Assembly: GCF_018350175.1 (NCBI RefSeq)
Contig: NC_058368.1
Location: 3,596,001 to 3,660,000, forward strand
From: Felis catus
Taxonomy: Eukaryota
Length of the DNA: 64,000 nucleotides
Direction: 5' to 3'
A program made the translations under genes and the position numbers. Position 1 is the first letter of the stretch; each line of letters opens with the position of its first letter. The notes beneath the pieces were generated by a model. The model worked only from the letters and a program-made list of their open reading frames with translations, was not told the DNA's origin and did no database searches. Below are positions 22,421 through 35,295 of this stretch, in pieces.

Positions 22421-24199
22421 TCAGGTTTTATACTTCTTGTATCAGAGATAATGATGTTTACTTTGCAAAAGGTTTGTCAATTTCACCTAAGACTGGTAAA
22501 TTTACTCTTAAGATTCTCTTACCATTTTGATGTCAATGAGACTTAAAGTTATACCCCCTTTTAAAATCTAGATTTGAAGCTGTATTTATACGATAATGTT
22601 CCTCTTTATTATCAGTAATGCTCTTTTATTGATGTCTACTTAGTTTGTTATTACTATATCTCCGCAAGATTTTTTTTTTGCTAGTGTTTGCAATTCACCT
22701 CTTTCCTTCCTTTCACTCCTAGGTTTTTGTGTCCTTATATCTGAGTTATCCTATTAAATAGGAAGTAGTTCTCTAAAATCAAATCTGCTATTTTTGTCTT
22801 TCAATTGGAAAATTAATCCTTTAGCATTAATCTAAGTGCTAAAACATTGGGGTTTAAACACAGCACCTTATTATTCGTTTCTCACTTTATTTCATCTTTT
22901 TTTTGTGTTTTTTTCCTCCTTTCTTGCTTTCTCTTAGATCAATAAAGAGGTTTTTAAAATAATTCTATTAATCTTAATTGTGCTATAGTTAGAATTTTTT
23001 ATGTCATCTTTTCATTGGTTACCTTCGGGTTGTCAATATTCTTCCTCGTCTTATTAGAGCATACTTTAAATTAGTACTTTTCCAATCTTAGTAAATGCAA
23101 TGATCTCAAAATGATTTAATCCCATCCCATCTTTCTCATCCTATGTTTATTGCCCTGTTTCTGAGTTCTAGAAATACTCCCCTACAGGGAGTATTATTAT
23201 GAGGCCGTAGTGTCAATATTCATTTAGATTTACTCATATATTCACACCTCCTGAAGTCTTTATTTTTTGGTTGCATTTTCTTTTTTCCACCCAGGATCAC
23301 TTTCCTTCTGATTAAAATATTCCCTTAGGCATTTCTTTTCGTGTGCTTCTGCTGGCAACAATTATGTCATCTTTTTTTTGGTCTGAAAAAAAATCTTCAT
23401 GACACTGAATTTGAAGAATAACTTCTTCTGGTGTAGAATTCATAGTTAGTAATTCTTATTCCACATTAAAAATGCCATTGCCCCGTTACCTGGCTCCTGC
23501 CACTTCTGTGGAGACGTTTGCCCTCAGGCTTATTGTGGCTCCTTTGGAGGCAATGTATCCTTTTTTCCATGATTCCTTTTAAAATTTTATACTTGTCTTT
23601 GGTTTTAAGCTCTTTGATTATGATATGATCCAGATAGAATTTACTCTGTTCATCCTTATTGGCATTTATATCATTTCGTGAATCTGTAGCTTCCTATCAT
23701 TTCTCAATTTTGGCCATTCTCTCCTCAAATATCACTTGTGGTCTATTCTTGCTCTCTCCTTGAAGGACTGCCATTATATGTGTGTCAGGCCATTTCAACA
23801 AGGTCCAAATGTCTCTGATTCTTTTCTCCGTGTTTTCCCTCCTCTTTTCTTTCCATGCGCAACGCATGCTGTTAATGCAGTGTTTTTATTCCTCAAAATT
23901 TTTAGTGTGTTCTTGTGGACATTCACCCACCATTATCAGAAAGTTCGTCCACAGTCTTTTTCTTGGAAGCGTAAGAAGCCATACTGTCATATACACTGAA
24001 GTCAACAAGTTCTCAGAAATTAATTCCCACTGGGAATATCCCTCAGTGATCGTGGTAGTTGATATATACACATTCCAGCCCTTGTCCTCAGGTGGATTGA
24101 TTCTAAAGCAAGTGTTTTGTACCGTCTCTGAGTGAGATTAATTTTCTATTATGTACTGTTCAAACTGGCTTACTGGTAAACCCATCATTGGCTGTCTCT

Positions 24200-24810
24200 C
24201 CCTCCTTGCATCTCACATCAGCCAGTGGTGAACAGAACAGTAATAATTCCTGGCAGGCTGTACTGTCATGATGACCAAGATTGTCCCCCACGGTAAAGCA
24301 AAACAGAACATAGGTGGAGAGGATAGTGTTCATGAGATATGACAACGAGAATGATGTGGAGTGAGTTGGTTGTTGCCTAGTGCCTTCAGTTCACTTAATG
24401 AAGAAAATCACTGGTTTGAGTTGGCTAAAACCAAATCAGGGACCAGTGTGAAAGCTAAAAGGCCTTGAGGCAGTTTTCAAATGATTTTCATTCCATTCAG
24501 TTGGTGGGCAAACCTTTTTTAAAGCCATTATTAATATTCTAATTGGCAAAGTAACACAATTATAGAGAAGGCTTAACTTAGAGCCTTGGCAAGCTTCTTC
24601 CTTTAGCTTCAGAGAAGAGATAAGAAAAAAGACCTTGACACAGGAGGCAGATGTGCCATGAATGATCTTGAGAAACTCGAAGGCTTGTATTACTTAAACC
24701 CTGATCTCAGATGTGGACTAATCCTCCATGCAAGACCACACTAGTCTCTCTTTGCCTGGAAACTCTTTAGAAACCTCACCTGAAGTGAATATCCTATAAG
24801 ATTATTCTTT
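24200..24810 (+). mobile_element. ERVL-type internal (gag) relic
   Basis: translates in pieces to PWQAV, GVSWLLPSAFSSLNEENH, RRLNLEPWQ, resembling ERVL gag N-terminal region. Confidence 0.6.
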
Positions 24811-25978
24811 TCTTCTTTCAGTTTGTATTCTTCTCCTCTCGTGACTTTTCCAATAACTGGGGTCCAATCTCAACATGATCTGCTCTGGCAGGGCAAGTGC
24901 TAACTTGGCTTCATGAGTAAAGAGATTATTCATCAAAAAGGCTGGAAGGCACGGCTGACATACATCCACAAATAAAAGCAAAAAAAAAAAAAGCAAGAAG
25001 TAGACATAGAAAAAAAATTTATTTCTTTTTATTAATACAAGTTTATGGTGGTTTCCTCGATTGAGGAACACTTCACTCAACTTAAATCTGAGTTCTGTAG
25101 AAACCAAGGCAAGGAAGAATCATGTTTAATTACACAGTCCTCATTGTTTGCTAGAAGGACTCACACCCAAAGGAATGAAAGTTCTCTGAGAAAAAGAACT
25201 TCATCTCGAGTATTAGTTGTTATATAGCCAGTGCCTAAAATAGGGCCTGGTAAATAGTAAACATTCAATTAACATTTGCTGAATGGATATCAGTTATATA
25301 TTTCTAAGGGAAATTTGCTTTACCTATAGGGTTCTTTATGTTAGAGGTTCTAAACAATTAACAATAATATCTTTGAAGAAGTTTTCATTTACAATATAGA
25401 CATATTGTACATAAGGCTGCTTCTTATATGAGCCTCTGTGAAAGTCACAGACATGCCAATAAGCCATAGCTGTGGAAAACAAACTTTAATGGAAGACAAA
25501 ATTGGTGTAATCTGGGTATGCAGTTTATCGGCTCAGTACAGGTTTAGTTCAACTTTGCAATGAACTTCAATAATAAAAAATATTGCCCAAAAAGTAATTA
25601 CCAGAAAGCAAAGAGTCCACTTGCTTAAAAAACTTTTAGACATCACCTTTTCTTGGATAATTACCGTATCTCTTGAAAGACTTTATAATTTTAATTATCT
25701 AAAGGTTATATACAAAAAGCTGAGTTAAGAGAAGCTTTTTTATAACATGCTGTTCTTTTAATTTCCGGGAAGAGAGAAGAAGCCAAAAAGTAATTAAAAT
25801 AATGAAGGTGAAAGGAGTGTTATCTCTAGAGTATCTTCAAAAAAAAAAAAAAAACAAGATGAAAAACAAAATGATACCCCAGAATAACTAAAACGTTGCT
25901 CGAATCTTTTAAGTTCATTGGCTTTCAGTGAAAAAGCATATTAAAGACTGACTACTTAAACCAGTATTTTCACTGCAG

Positions 25979-26034
25979 ATAATGCTACCTATCTAAAAAG
26001 GCAGGAGAAAAATGAATCATACACTGATCAGGAG
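25979..26034 (+). other. candidate exon (56 nt; xNATYLKRQEKNESYTDQE)
   Basis: acceptor tattttcactgcag|, consensus donor GAG|GTAAGT. Confidence 0.3.
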
Positions 26035-26232
26035 GTAAGTCATGCAAAGGATAATGGGGCCTTAAAATATTAGGAAACATAAAGAATTAAATGCCACTAC
26101 TCTTTCAGAAACCATTTGCTTGGGTTTTACCATTGTGAAACCTTTCACAATGTTTAGATATCACTAAAAAGCCCTCAAAATTATCCACATAATCTATGTA
26201 CACACACATACATTGTGCACACACACATATGT

Positions 26233-26310
26233 GGATAGATAGATGGATAGATGCATGCAGATAGATAGATAGATAGATAATAGATGATAGATTAGATAGA
26301 TGATAGATAA

Positions 26311-26358
<48 letters not shown>
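26233..26358. repeat. (GATA)n tetranucleotide microsatellite
   Basis: direct reading. Confidence 0.97.
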
Positions 26359-26376
26359 GGATATAGTTCACAGATA

Positions 26377-26721
26377 CAGTTGACCCTTGAACAACTTGGA
26401 GATTAGAGGAGCCCATCCCCCAGGCAGTTGAAAATCTACATGTAACTTTTGACTCTCTCAAAACATAACTACTAAGAGCCTACTGTTGACCCAAAGCCTT
26501 ACTGATAACATAAACAGTCCATTAACACACATTATGTGTATTATATATTGCATACTGCATCCTTACAATAATAACTTTTTTAATTTTTCAGCACCTTTAG
26601 GCTATGTGGTTTTTCAAATTGTCACAAATCTCCAAACACTTCCTCAAAACACACTTACTAAAAAAATTCACGTATAGGTGAACCTGTGGAGTTTAAACCC
26701 ATATTGTTCAAGAGCCAACTA
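26377..26721. mobile_element. Tigger2-family non-autonomous element (MER8/Tigger2a-like)
   Basis: TIRs CAGTTGACCCTTGAACAA / TTGTTCAAGAGCCAACTA with flanking TA dinucleotides. Confidence 0.88.
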
Positions 26722-27299
26722 TACAGGTATGTAGATATACACGTATAGCATAATGACCCATTAAAGAAAATATCTTTGTGACATAACTTGGGACTCTGTA
26801 TCACCCAGTGTCCTTTGCAGAATCAGTGCCTCATCAGTAACCCGATTTGTTTATGGTCAAATCTGGTCAGAATTCACTCCACATCTGCACATTCAAAGCG
26901 CAAATATATCAATCACTAACATACAAAATGAATTTCAGAAAAATGGATCAAAGAATGCCTGGTATATGCATACAGACATATCAGTAAAGTAGTGCATTTT
27001 CTCAGGTTGTACTGGAAAGCACAGCTGCATTAACTACTGAGTAAGATATTTCAAAATTCAAGCCTTTATTTTATGGAAGTGTTTCAACACTTGCTATCAC
27101 AAGACCGTTGTCTTACACACCGTCCACAGTACCTAAAAATCCAGCTGAGAACTGTACCCTGTCACCAGCCTATTGATGATATCAAGTGGAAAGTGGCAAG
27201 CAGCTTGGGCACCCAAATATTTTAACTGAATTGATCCTGTTAAAATAAGCCAAATATAATTTTGATTACTACTACAAAATTATAATGCTATGACTATCA

Positions 27300-27500
27300 A
27301 TAGGTAAGATTTGAGCTCTGTGCTAAGTGGTTTGTGTGCTCGTTTAAAACTCGTAGCGATGCTTCAAAACAGATATTACTAATTTTAAACACTGGTTACA
27401 CATGCAGATACTGAGTAAAGAGAACCAAAGTAACTCGTAGAGGTCACAGAGGTAGGGAAAGACGGAGTGAAAATTCGGACCCAGGTCTAGCTAACTCTAG
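27300..27500 (-). mobile_element. MIR relic
   Basis: tgtgctaagtg..tattactaatttta..cagatactgag..aagtaact..aggtcacag..gacccaggtct. Confidence 0.65.
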
Positions 27501-27559
27501 TAGGCACAAAATGTGAAACCAACGTGTTAGAAATAAGCAACAGATACTGCTTCGGGTCA

Positions 27560-27794
27560 TTTTATTTTTTTTTTTTTAATTTTTTTTTCAACGTTTTTTA
27601 TTTATTTTTGGGACAGAGAGAGACAGAGCATGAATGGGGGAGGGGCAGAGAGAGAGGGAGACACAGACTCGGAAGCAGGCTCCAGGCTCTGAGCGGTCAG
27701 CCCAGAGCCTGATGCGGGGCTCGAACTCACGGACCGTGAGATCGTGACCTGGCTGAAGTCGGACGCTTAACCGACTGCGCCACCCAGGCGCCCC
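27560..27794 (-). mobile_element. Can-SINE, young subtype
   Basis: perfect TSD TCGGGTCATTTTA. Confidence 0.98.
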
Positions 27795-29934
27795 TCGGGT
27801 CATTTTAAAAAGCAATGAATTGGTAGTAACAGACAACCTGCTGACCTTATGGAAATAAATTTCTTTAAAAACAAAGTTGGAGGGTCTGTTGTAGCATAAA
27901 GAATCATTGAGGAAACATGTGAGTACAAAAACACTTTATGTAAACCCTATGATGTTGACAGAAATGACTTTATGGGGAAAAATGTTAACCACTAACTGCG
28001 TATCAGATTCAAAATTAAATTCTAGATAATTCGAAGTCTGAAGTAGAAAACAGGTGAAACAAACAGCTTAGAAATATGAAGAGAGCTTTCAGAAAACCAA
28101 AGTGTTAAGTAGACTATTTTAAAATAATGGAACAGAACATGTTGGAGGAGAATGCAGTCAGTTTCTTTTTATTGAGATATAATTGACACATAGCAATATA
28201 TTAACTTCAGATGTACACCATCATGGTTCAGTATTTGTAAACATTGTGAAATAATCGCACAGGAAGTCTAGTTAATATCAATCACCATACATAGTTATAA
28301 TTTTTTCTTGTGATAGGATCCTTTAAGATCTCTACTCTTAGCAACTTACAAATATGTGATGCAGTATTGTTAGCTATAGTCACCATGGTGTATATTACAT
28401 CCCCGTGAGTTATTGCTTTTATATATAATTACAATTTCATACATAAAATACTTATTTTATGTATATTTGTAACTAGAAGTTTGTCCTTTTTGACCTCCTT
28501 CACCCATGTTGCCCACTTCTACCCACCTCCTCTGGTAGACTTCAATCTGTCCCTTTCTGCCCTCTATATCTATGAACTATTCTTTTTTCCCCCACAAATT
28601 GCACATATGGTATTTGTCTTTCTTCCTCTGACTTATTTCACTTAGCATAATATGCTCTGTGTCCATAGCTTCCTTTTTATGGCTAAGTAATATTCCATTG
28701 TATAAATACACCGCCCTTTCTTTAGCCATTCATCCATCCGTAGACGCTTTGTTTCCACATTTTAGCTTTCATAAAGAATGATGTGATGAAAATTGAGGAC
28801 GTATACACCTTTTCAAGTTAGTGTTTCTGTTTTGTTTGGAATAATACCCAAAAGCGGAATTCTTGGTGCATATGGTAGCTCTAGTTTTAATGTTTTGAAG
28901 AACCTCCACACCACTTTCCATAGTGGCCGCACCGATTTACATTCCCATCAACAGCACACAAGGGTTCCTTTTCTCCACATCCTCGCCAATACTCGTTATT
29001 TTTTAATCATTTGAACGGTAGCCTTTTTGACAGGTGTGAGATGATATCTCACTGCTGCTTTTTTATTTTAATAGCTCTGTTGTTTGGTGATGCTGAGCAC
29101 CTTTTCAGGTACCTGTCGGCCATCTGTGTATCTTCTTTGGCAAAATGTTTGTTCAGACCTTCTGCCCATTTTTTTAAATCATATTGGAGTTTTTGTCTAT
29201 TGAATTGTATGAGTTCTTTATATGTTTTGGATATTAGTCTCCTAACAGATATATGACTTGCAAATATTTTCTCCTTTTTCAAGAGGTTGCCTTTTCAAAC
29301 TGTTGTCTGTTGCTGTGCAGAAGTTTTTGGTTTGACTTGTCCTGCTTGTGTTTTTGTTGTTGTTGTTGCCTTTGCTTTTGGTTTCAAATTAAAAGATTCA
29401 TCACCAAGATCAATGTCAAACAGGTTGCTGCCTATGTTCTCTTCTAGAAATTTTATGGTTTCAGGTCTTATACTTAAGTCTTTAATCAATTCTAAGTTGA
29501 TTTTTGTTAGTGATCTAGTTTCGTTCTTTTGCACATGGCTGTCCAGTTTTCCCAACAGCATTTATTGAAGAGACTATCATTTCCCCACTGTGTATTCTTG
29601 GTTCCTTTATCATAAACTAATTAACCATATATGCATAGGTTTATTTCTAGGCTCCCTATTCTGGCCCATTGATCTATGTGTCTCTTTTTATACCAATATC
29701 ATACTGTGTGATCACTATATTTTTTTAATGTAGCTTGAAATCAGGAAATGTGATTCCTCCAGATTTGTTCTTCTTTTTCAAGATTGCTTTTTCTATTTGG
29801 AATCTTTTGTGGTTCCAGTCAAATTTGAATTGTTCTTCCTATTTTTGTAAAAAATTCCATTGGAATTTCATAAGGATTGTATTGAGTCTGTAGATCTTTG
29901 GGGTAGTATGTACATTTAAACAATATTATTTTTT

Positions 29935-30534
29935 TTGAATTTTAATTTTATGTTTTATTTATTTATTTATTTATTTATTTATTTTTTGAAATTTACACCC
30001 AGGGGCGCCTGGGTGGCTCAGTCGGTTAAGCGGCCGACTTCGGCTCAGGTCACGATCTCGCGGTCCATGAGTTTGAGCCCCGTGTCGGGCTCTGTGCTGA
30101 CAGCTCAGAGCCTGGAGCCTGTTTCGGATTCTGTGTCTCCCTCTCTCTCTGGCCCTCCCCTGTTCATGCTCTGTCTCTCTCTGTCTCAAAAATAAATAAA
30201 CGTTAAAAAAAATTATGTTTAATTTACACCCAAATTAGTTAGCATATCATGCAGCAATGATTTCAGGAGTAGATTCCTTAGTGCCCCTTACCCATTTAGC
30301 CCATCCCCCCTCCTGCACGCCCTCCTGTAACCCTCAGTTTGTTCTCCATATTTATGAGTCTCTTCTGTTTTGTCCCCCTCCTTGTTTTTATATGATTTTT
30401 GTTTCCTTTCCCTTATGTTCATCTGTTTTGTCTCTTAAAGTCCTCATATGAGTGAAGTCATATGATTTTTGTCTTTCTCTGGCTGATTAACTTCACTTAG
30501 CATAATACCCTCCAGTTCCATCCATGTAGTTGCA
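29935..30534 (-). mobile_element. younger 5'-truncated feline L1 inserted in the older L1
   Basis: separate L1 3'UTR flanked by TSD AACAAyATTATTTTTT. Confidence 0.85.
30002..30213 (+). mobile_element. Can-SINE nested in the younger L1
   Basis: TSD AATTTACACCCA. Confidence 0.97.
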
Positions 30535-32679
30535 ACAACATTATTTTTTAAATCCATGAACATTTAATACCTTTCCATTGATTTATGTCTCCTTCAGTTT
30601 CTTTCATCAACGGCTTATACTTTTCAAGTACAGGTCTTTTACCTCCTTGGTTATATTTATCCTTGAGTATTTTACTCCTTTTGATGCAAGTATAAATGAG
30701 ATTTTTTTCTTAATTGCTCTTTCTGCTAGCTCATTCTCTGTATAGAAACACAACAGACTTGATTTCGTGTCCTGCAACTTTACCAAATTTGTTTGTTAGT
30801 TCTAAGTTATTTGATGGAAACTTTAGGGTTTTCTAGACATGGTATCATGTCATCTGCAAATAATGACAATTTTACTTGTTCCTTTCTGATTTGATGATCG
30901 TCATTTCTTTTTCTTGCCTAATTGCTCTGGCTAGGACTTTCAATACTATGTTTCATTAAAGTGGAGGGAGTGGATATCTTTGTCTTTATTCCTGATCTTA
31001 GAGGAAAAGTTTTTATCTTTCACTGTTGAGTACGATGTTAGCTGTGGGCTCATTCTATGTGACCTTCATTATGTTGAGGTACATTCATTTTATACTACTT
31101 TGTTGAGAGTATTTATCATGAACGGATGTTGAATTTTGTCAAATGCCTTTTCTGCGCCTATGGAGATAATCATAGGATTTTTATTTTTCATGTTGTTGCT
31201 GTAGGGTAGCAAGTTGATTGTTTTGCAGACATTGAACCTTCTTTTACATCCCTGGAATAAGTCCCATTTGATCATGGTATATGATCCTTTTAATGTATTG
31301 TTGAATTCAGTTTCCTAATACTGTGTTGAGGCTTTTGCATCTGTGTTCATCAAGGATATTGGCCTGTAATTTTCTTCAAGTGCCCTTGTTTGGCTTTTGT
31401 ATCAGGGTAATGCTGGCCCTATAAAATGAATTTGAAAGTGTTCCCTCCTCTTATTGTTTGTAAGGGTTTGAGGATTAGAATCAATTCTTCTTTGGAAGAC
31501 AGCTTAGGCTCACCACTATACCCCCAACACCCGCTAGAATTAATTCTTCTTTGAATGTTTGGTAGAATTCACCAGTGAAGTCGTCTGGTCCTGGACTTTT
31601 GTATGTTAGAAGGTTATCGATTGGTGATTCAACATAGCTAGCCATTAGGAAAATATAAAATAAAGCCCTAATAAGATATTACTACACATTTATCAGAATG
31701 CTAAATGCTAGCGAGAATGGAAAAACTGAATTACTCACACATTGCTGGTGGAAATTTATCTTCTCATGTGCTTGTGTATCACCTACACTACCTCTTCAGT
31801 AAAATGTCTGTTTACATCTTTTGCCCATTTTCAAGTAAGATTGTTCATATTTTTACTGTTTCTTTACAGATGTTCTGATATATCCTAAATACTAGTCCTT
31901 TGGAAGATATTTCAGTTAAAAATATTGTACTTCAATCGGTGGCTATTTTTTTTTTCATCCTCTTGAAAAGTGTCTTTTGCAGAGCAAAAGTTTTTCATTT
32001 GACGATGACCCAGGATTTTCACTTCTGGGTAATTTCACAACAAGATATATACCTAAGAGAATTTCTTCATATTTTTTTATAAGAGACATGGACAGAAAGG
32101 TTCAGAACAGCACAGTTCCACGGTAACAAATACTTGGCCATAATACATGTCCACTGTCACAAGTGTAAGTAACTACGTGCTAGGACTTTTACTGCAAGAC
32201 ACATTGTAACGCGGTGGTTTAATCTTAGAAGTGTCATAGTAAGTAGAAAAGAGCAAACAGATTGCAAAGTATGTTATATGTTGTTTATAAGGTTAGAAAC
32301 AGCTAAAATACAAAATTATAATTGGGGGAATATGGAAACAACAAATCTACACACAAAATACAGGGAATAATTGGCATAAGAATCTGGATACGTTTGATGG
32401 AGGAAGTGAATGCTTTGGACTGTGGAGAGACCATAAATTTAGATGTGGATTCCTACCCAGTCAAAGTCTTGTAGAGTAGGGGAAGAGGAGTCCCTTACCA
32501 AAAGAGTAATCAATCCATGTAGCAAACAAAGAAATAGTTCTCAAGGGGCACACACTCAAGCACTTACCGCACCAGGGATCAGCAGAGGGAGGGAGCAGGC
32601 AAAGCTCCCCACCTTCCAGTGTTGCCCTGAATTGGTCTGAGGGCATATTTTGCAAGCTGCTGCCTGAGGGTCCATCTTC

Positions 32680-32790
32680 AACAGTCAGAATTCGCAGTAA
32701 AATTTCTACTGAATGTGTTTCACTTTGGCACCATCATAAAGTCAAAAAAAATCACACGTCCGGCTATTTTTAAGTTCGGGACCATCTGTC
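32680..32790 (+). mobile_element. Tigger-derived MER47-like terminal fragment
   Basis: tttctactgaatg..caccatcataaagtcaaaaaa..gggaccatctg. Confidence 0.7.
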
Positions 32791-32859
32791 TATCGATTAC
32801 TGTTTATTAACTCTCCAGTGGTCATCACGGCATTTTCATTTCTCATCTGATTCTGTGTC

Positions 32860-33170
32860 ATTGTTGTTGTTTAATATACCCACCCTTCTCTATATAACTC
32901 CTTCCTTCACGGATTCCAAGAGTTAGATGTGCTCATAAGGGCCCCTCATAGGTGCTTGCCTTCTCTGTTCACCCCTTCTCACAACATGAACCATATTCTA
33001 CTGTAGTTTCCTTTTTATTTTGAATATTTCCTGCAGTGAAATGTTAGCTCCTCAAGTGAATGACTGGTCTTTAATTGTCCTCATGGTCCCCGCACCTAAC
33101 TTCAGGCTTGGCTCATAGAAGATACTCAGAAGATAGAGATGAAGTGATCAAGGGAAGAAAGGAGGAAATG
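32860..33170 (+). mobile_element. LINE-2 3' relic
   Basis: tgttagctcctcaag..gcacctaac..ggcttggctcatagaagatactca. Confidence 0.6.
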
Positions 33171-33646
33171 CAAAGTGAGAAAGGGGTCCTTCTCGTGGTC
33201 TGTGCTTTATCTGATTTTTTATCTATCAAATTAAAGTTAAAATTATAAAAAACATTTAAGGCATATAATGTCTTCCATTAACGGGCTACATTTCATAATG
33301 AATTCTGAGCTTTAGGAAGAATTCATTTGATTTTTTTTAAGCTTGACTCTAATTAACAAACCCTTAAACCAATAGGGTATCTCTGAAAAGCAGCAGTAAA
33401 CTATAATCAGACAATACCCTAAGGAGCATTAATTTTAGAAACCACAAGCTTTTCTGTGCCTCCGTTAAAAAAAATACTATCAGCCAGTCTTTTTCTAGTA
33501 GTTTTCAAAGTCAAATTGGCTTAAACTTCAGGGGGAAAATAAATATCTCTCACCACACAAAATATCTTTTTTTTTTTTTTTTTTCAGTTTGGCCAAATGT
33601 AACTTACATTACTTTTTCAGAATAAACCTTAGATCTAGAACCTTAC

Positions 33647-33772
33647 CTAATTGCATAGAAAGATCTAAATAAAACCCAACTTTCTCTGATAAAGTGAACC
33701 ATTTAGCAACTGCCATCTCAATCCCATATTTTTTAAGACTGGTTTTATTTGCTGAAAAATTGCTCACAGCCT
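33647..33772 (-). other. candidate symmetric exon (126 nt; AVSNFSANKTSLKKYGIEMAVAKWFTLSEKVGFYLDLSMQL)
   Basis: acceptor gtttttctctatccaag|, donor TAG|GTAAGG, open phase 1-1 frame; product not recognised. Confidence 0.2.
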
Positions 33773-33889
33773 CTTGGATAGAGAAAAACACATCACTGTG
33801 AAGAAAGGTATCATTTCTGGGGTAAAATAATTCACAGTTCTTTTCAAATCCTTATAATGAATACATAAATTTTGCTTTTTTTAAGCTGA

Positions 33890-34114
33890 GCTTTTTTCTT
33901 TTTTTTTTTTTCAACGTTTATTTATTTTTGGGACAGAGAGAGACAGAGCATGAACGGGGGAGGGGCAGAGAGAGAGGGAGACACAGAATCAGAAACAGGC
34001 TCCAGGCTCTGAGCCAGCAGCCCAGAGCCCGACGCGGGGCTCGAACTCCCGGACCGCGAGATCGTGACCTGGCTGAAGTCGGACGCTTAACCGACTGCGC
34101 CACCCAGGCGCCCC
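33890..34114 (-). mobile_element. Can-SINE, young subtype
   Basis: CpG-rich; TSD TAAGCTGAGCTTTT. Confidence 0.98.
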
Positions 34115-34190
34115 TAAGCTGAGCTTTTAACTGGACCAGATATGACATGTTATACTTCAATCATTTGCTATTTAAATGTTATTACGTACT

Positions 34191-34405
34191 GAGGTGCCTG
34201 GGTGACTCAGTGGGGTAAGCATCCGACTTCAGCTCAGGTCATAATCTCACGGTTTGTGGGTTCAAGCCCCACATTGGGTCTGTGCTGACAGCTCAGAGCC
34301 TGGAGCCTGCTTCAGATTCTGTGTCTGCCTCTCTCTTTACCCCTCCTCTGCTTGTACTCTGTCTCTCTCTCCCCCTCAAAAATAAATGAACGTTTAAAAA
34401 AATTT
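34191..34405 (+). mobile_element. Can-SINE
   Basis: TSD TTTAAATrTTATTAC. Confidence 0.96.
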
Positions 34406-34931
34406 AAATATTATTACTTATTATTTAAAATTGAAAATATTATATATTAATAGCAGAAAATATATTATACAACATAGGTTATATAGTAACATTAAAATTA
34501 CATACTAAACGTTTTTATGTATTCATTAGATCTGTCCTTTTTAGATTTGTTAGATTTAGGTCTAATATTTTTTAAAGTTGTGGTAATACTTTATTAGATC
34601 TTTAGACATTTACTATATGCAAATAAATGCACAAGATTTCATTGGGCGTACTTAACTAGGTAGATTCTTTTATGGTTCATGATATCAACATTCATTGGTA
34701 AACCAGTGTTTTCAATCATATCAAATCACTGTCATTTTTTCCCTAGGCTTCTGAAAAACTAAATAAATACATGTCTGGGAAAGTATCCTCTCATACTACT
34801 AAGCAGAATTAGTCCTGAAGATCTTCTAATATGCGGGAGAAAGTTTAAAATTTATGGCTCCAAGCACTTGAAATTGTTTGAGATAAAAACGCCTAGAGAA
34901 TTAGTATCCAATTAATACTTTTCCTTTTTAT

Positions 34932-35140
34932 GGGGCACCTGGGTGGCTCGGTTGGTTGAGACTCGGTTGGTTGTACTTCGGCTCCGGTCATGATCCCCCA
35001 GTTCACAGGTTCAAGCCCTGCATCAGGCTCTGCACTGACAGCCCAGAGCCTGCTTCCTATTGTGTGTGTGTGTCTCTCCCTGTCCCTCCCCAACTCATGC
35101 TCCGTCTCTCTCTCTCTCTCTCTCATCAAAAATAAACATT
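34932..35140 (+). mobile_element. Can-SINE with duplicated CTCGGTTGGTTG
   Basis: direct reading. Confidence 0.93.
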
Positions 35141-35176
35141 TTTAAACACCTTTTTTTTTTTTGACAAATTATGTTA

Positions 35177-35295
35177 GGGGCACGTGGGTGGCTCAGTTGG
35201 TTAAGCTCAGGTGTCATGATTCAGCTCATTATCATGAGATCGGGCTCCACCCTGGGCACAGAGCCTGGATAGGATTCTTTCCCTCTCTCCCTCCG
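35177..35295 (+). mobile_element. truncated old Can-SINE
   Basis: ggggcacgtgggtggctcagttggttaag head. Confidence 0.85.

Larger units (their letters stand above)
18530..23900 (-). mobile_element. old LINE-1 (L1M/L1ME-type), fragmented; hosts two MLT1 LTRs and a SINE
   Basis: T-rich antisense L1 signatures (tcatgtctgcaaataatgacag; gaattcactggtgaag; gggatttacattga); boundaries approximate. Confidence 0.8.
28165..31630 (-). mobile_element. LINE-1 (ORF2 RT/C-terminus + 3'UTR), degraded
   Basis: minus ORFs MIISIGAEKAFDKIQHPFMI (RT), IKDLSIRPETIKFLEENIG, EKIFASHIS..LISKTYKEL. Confidence 0.95.
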
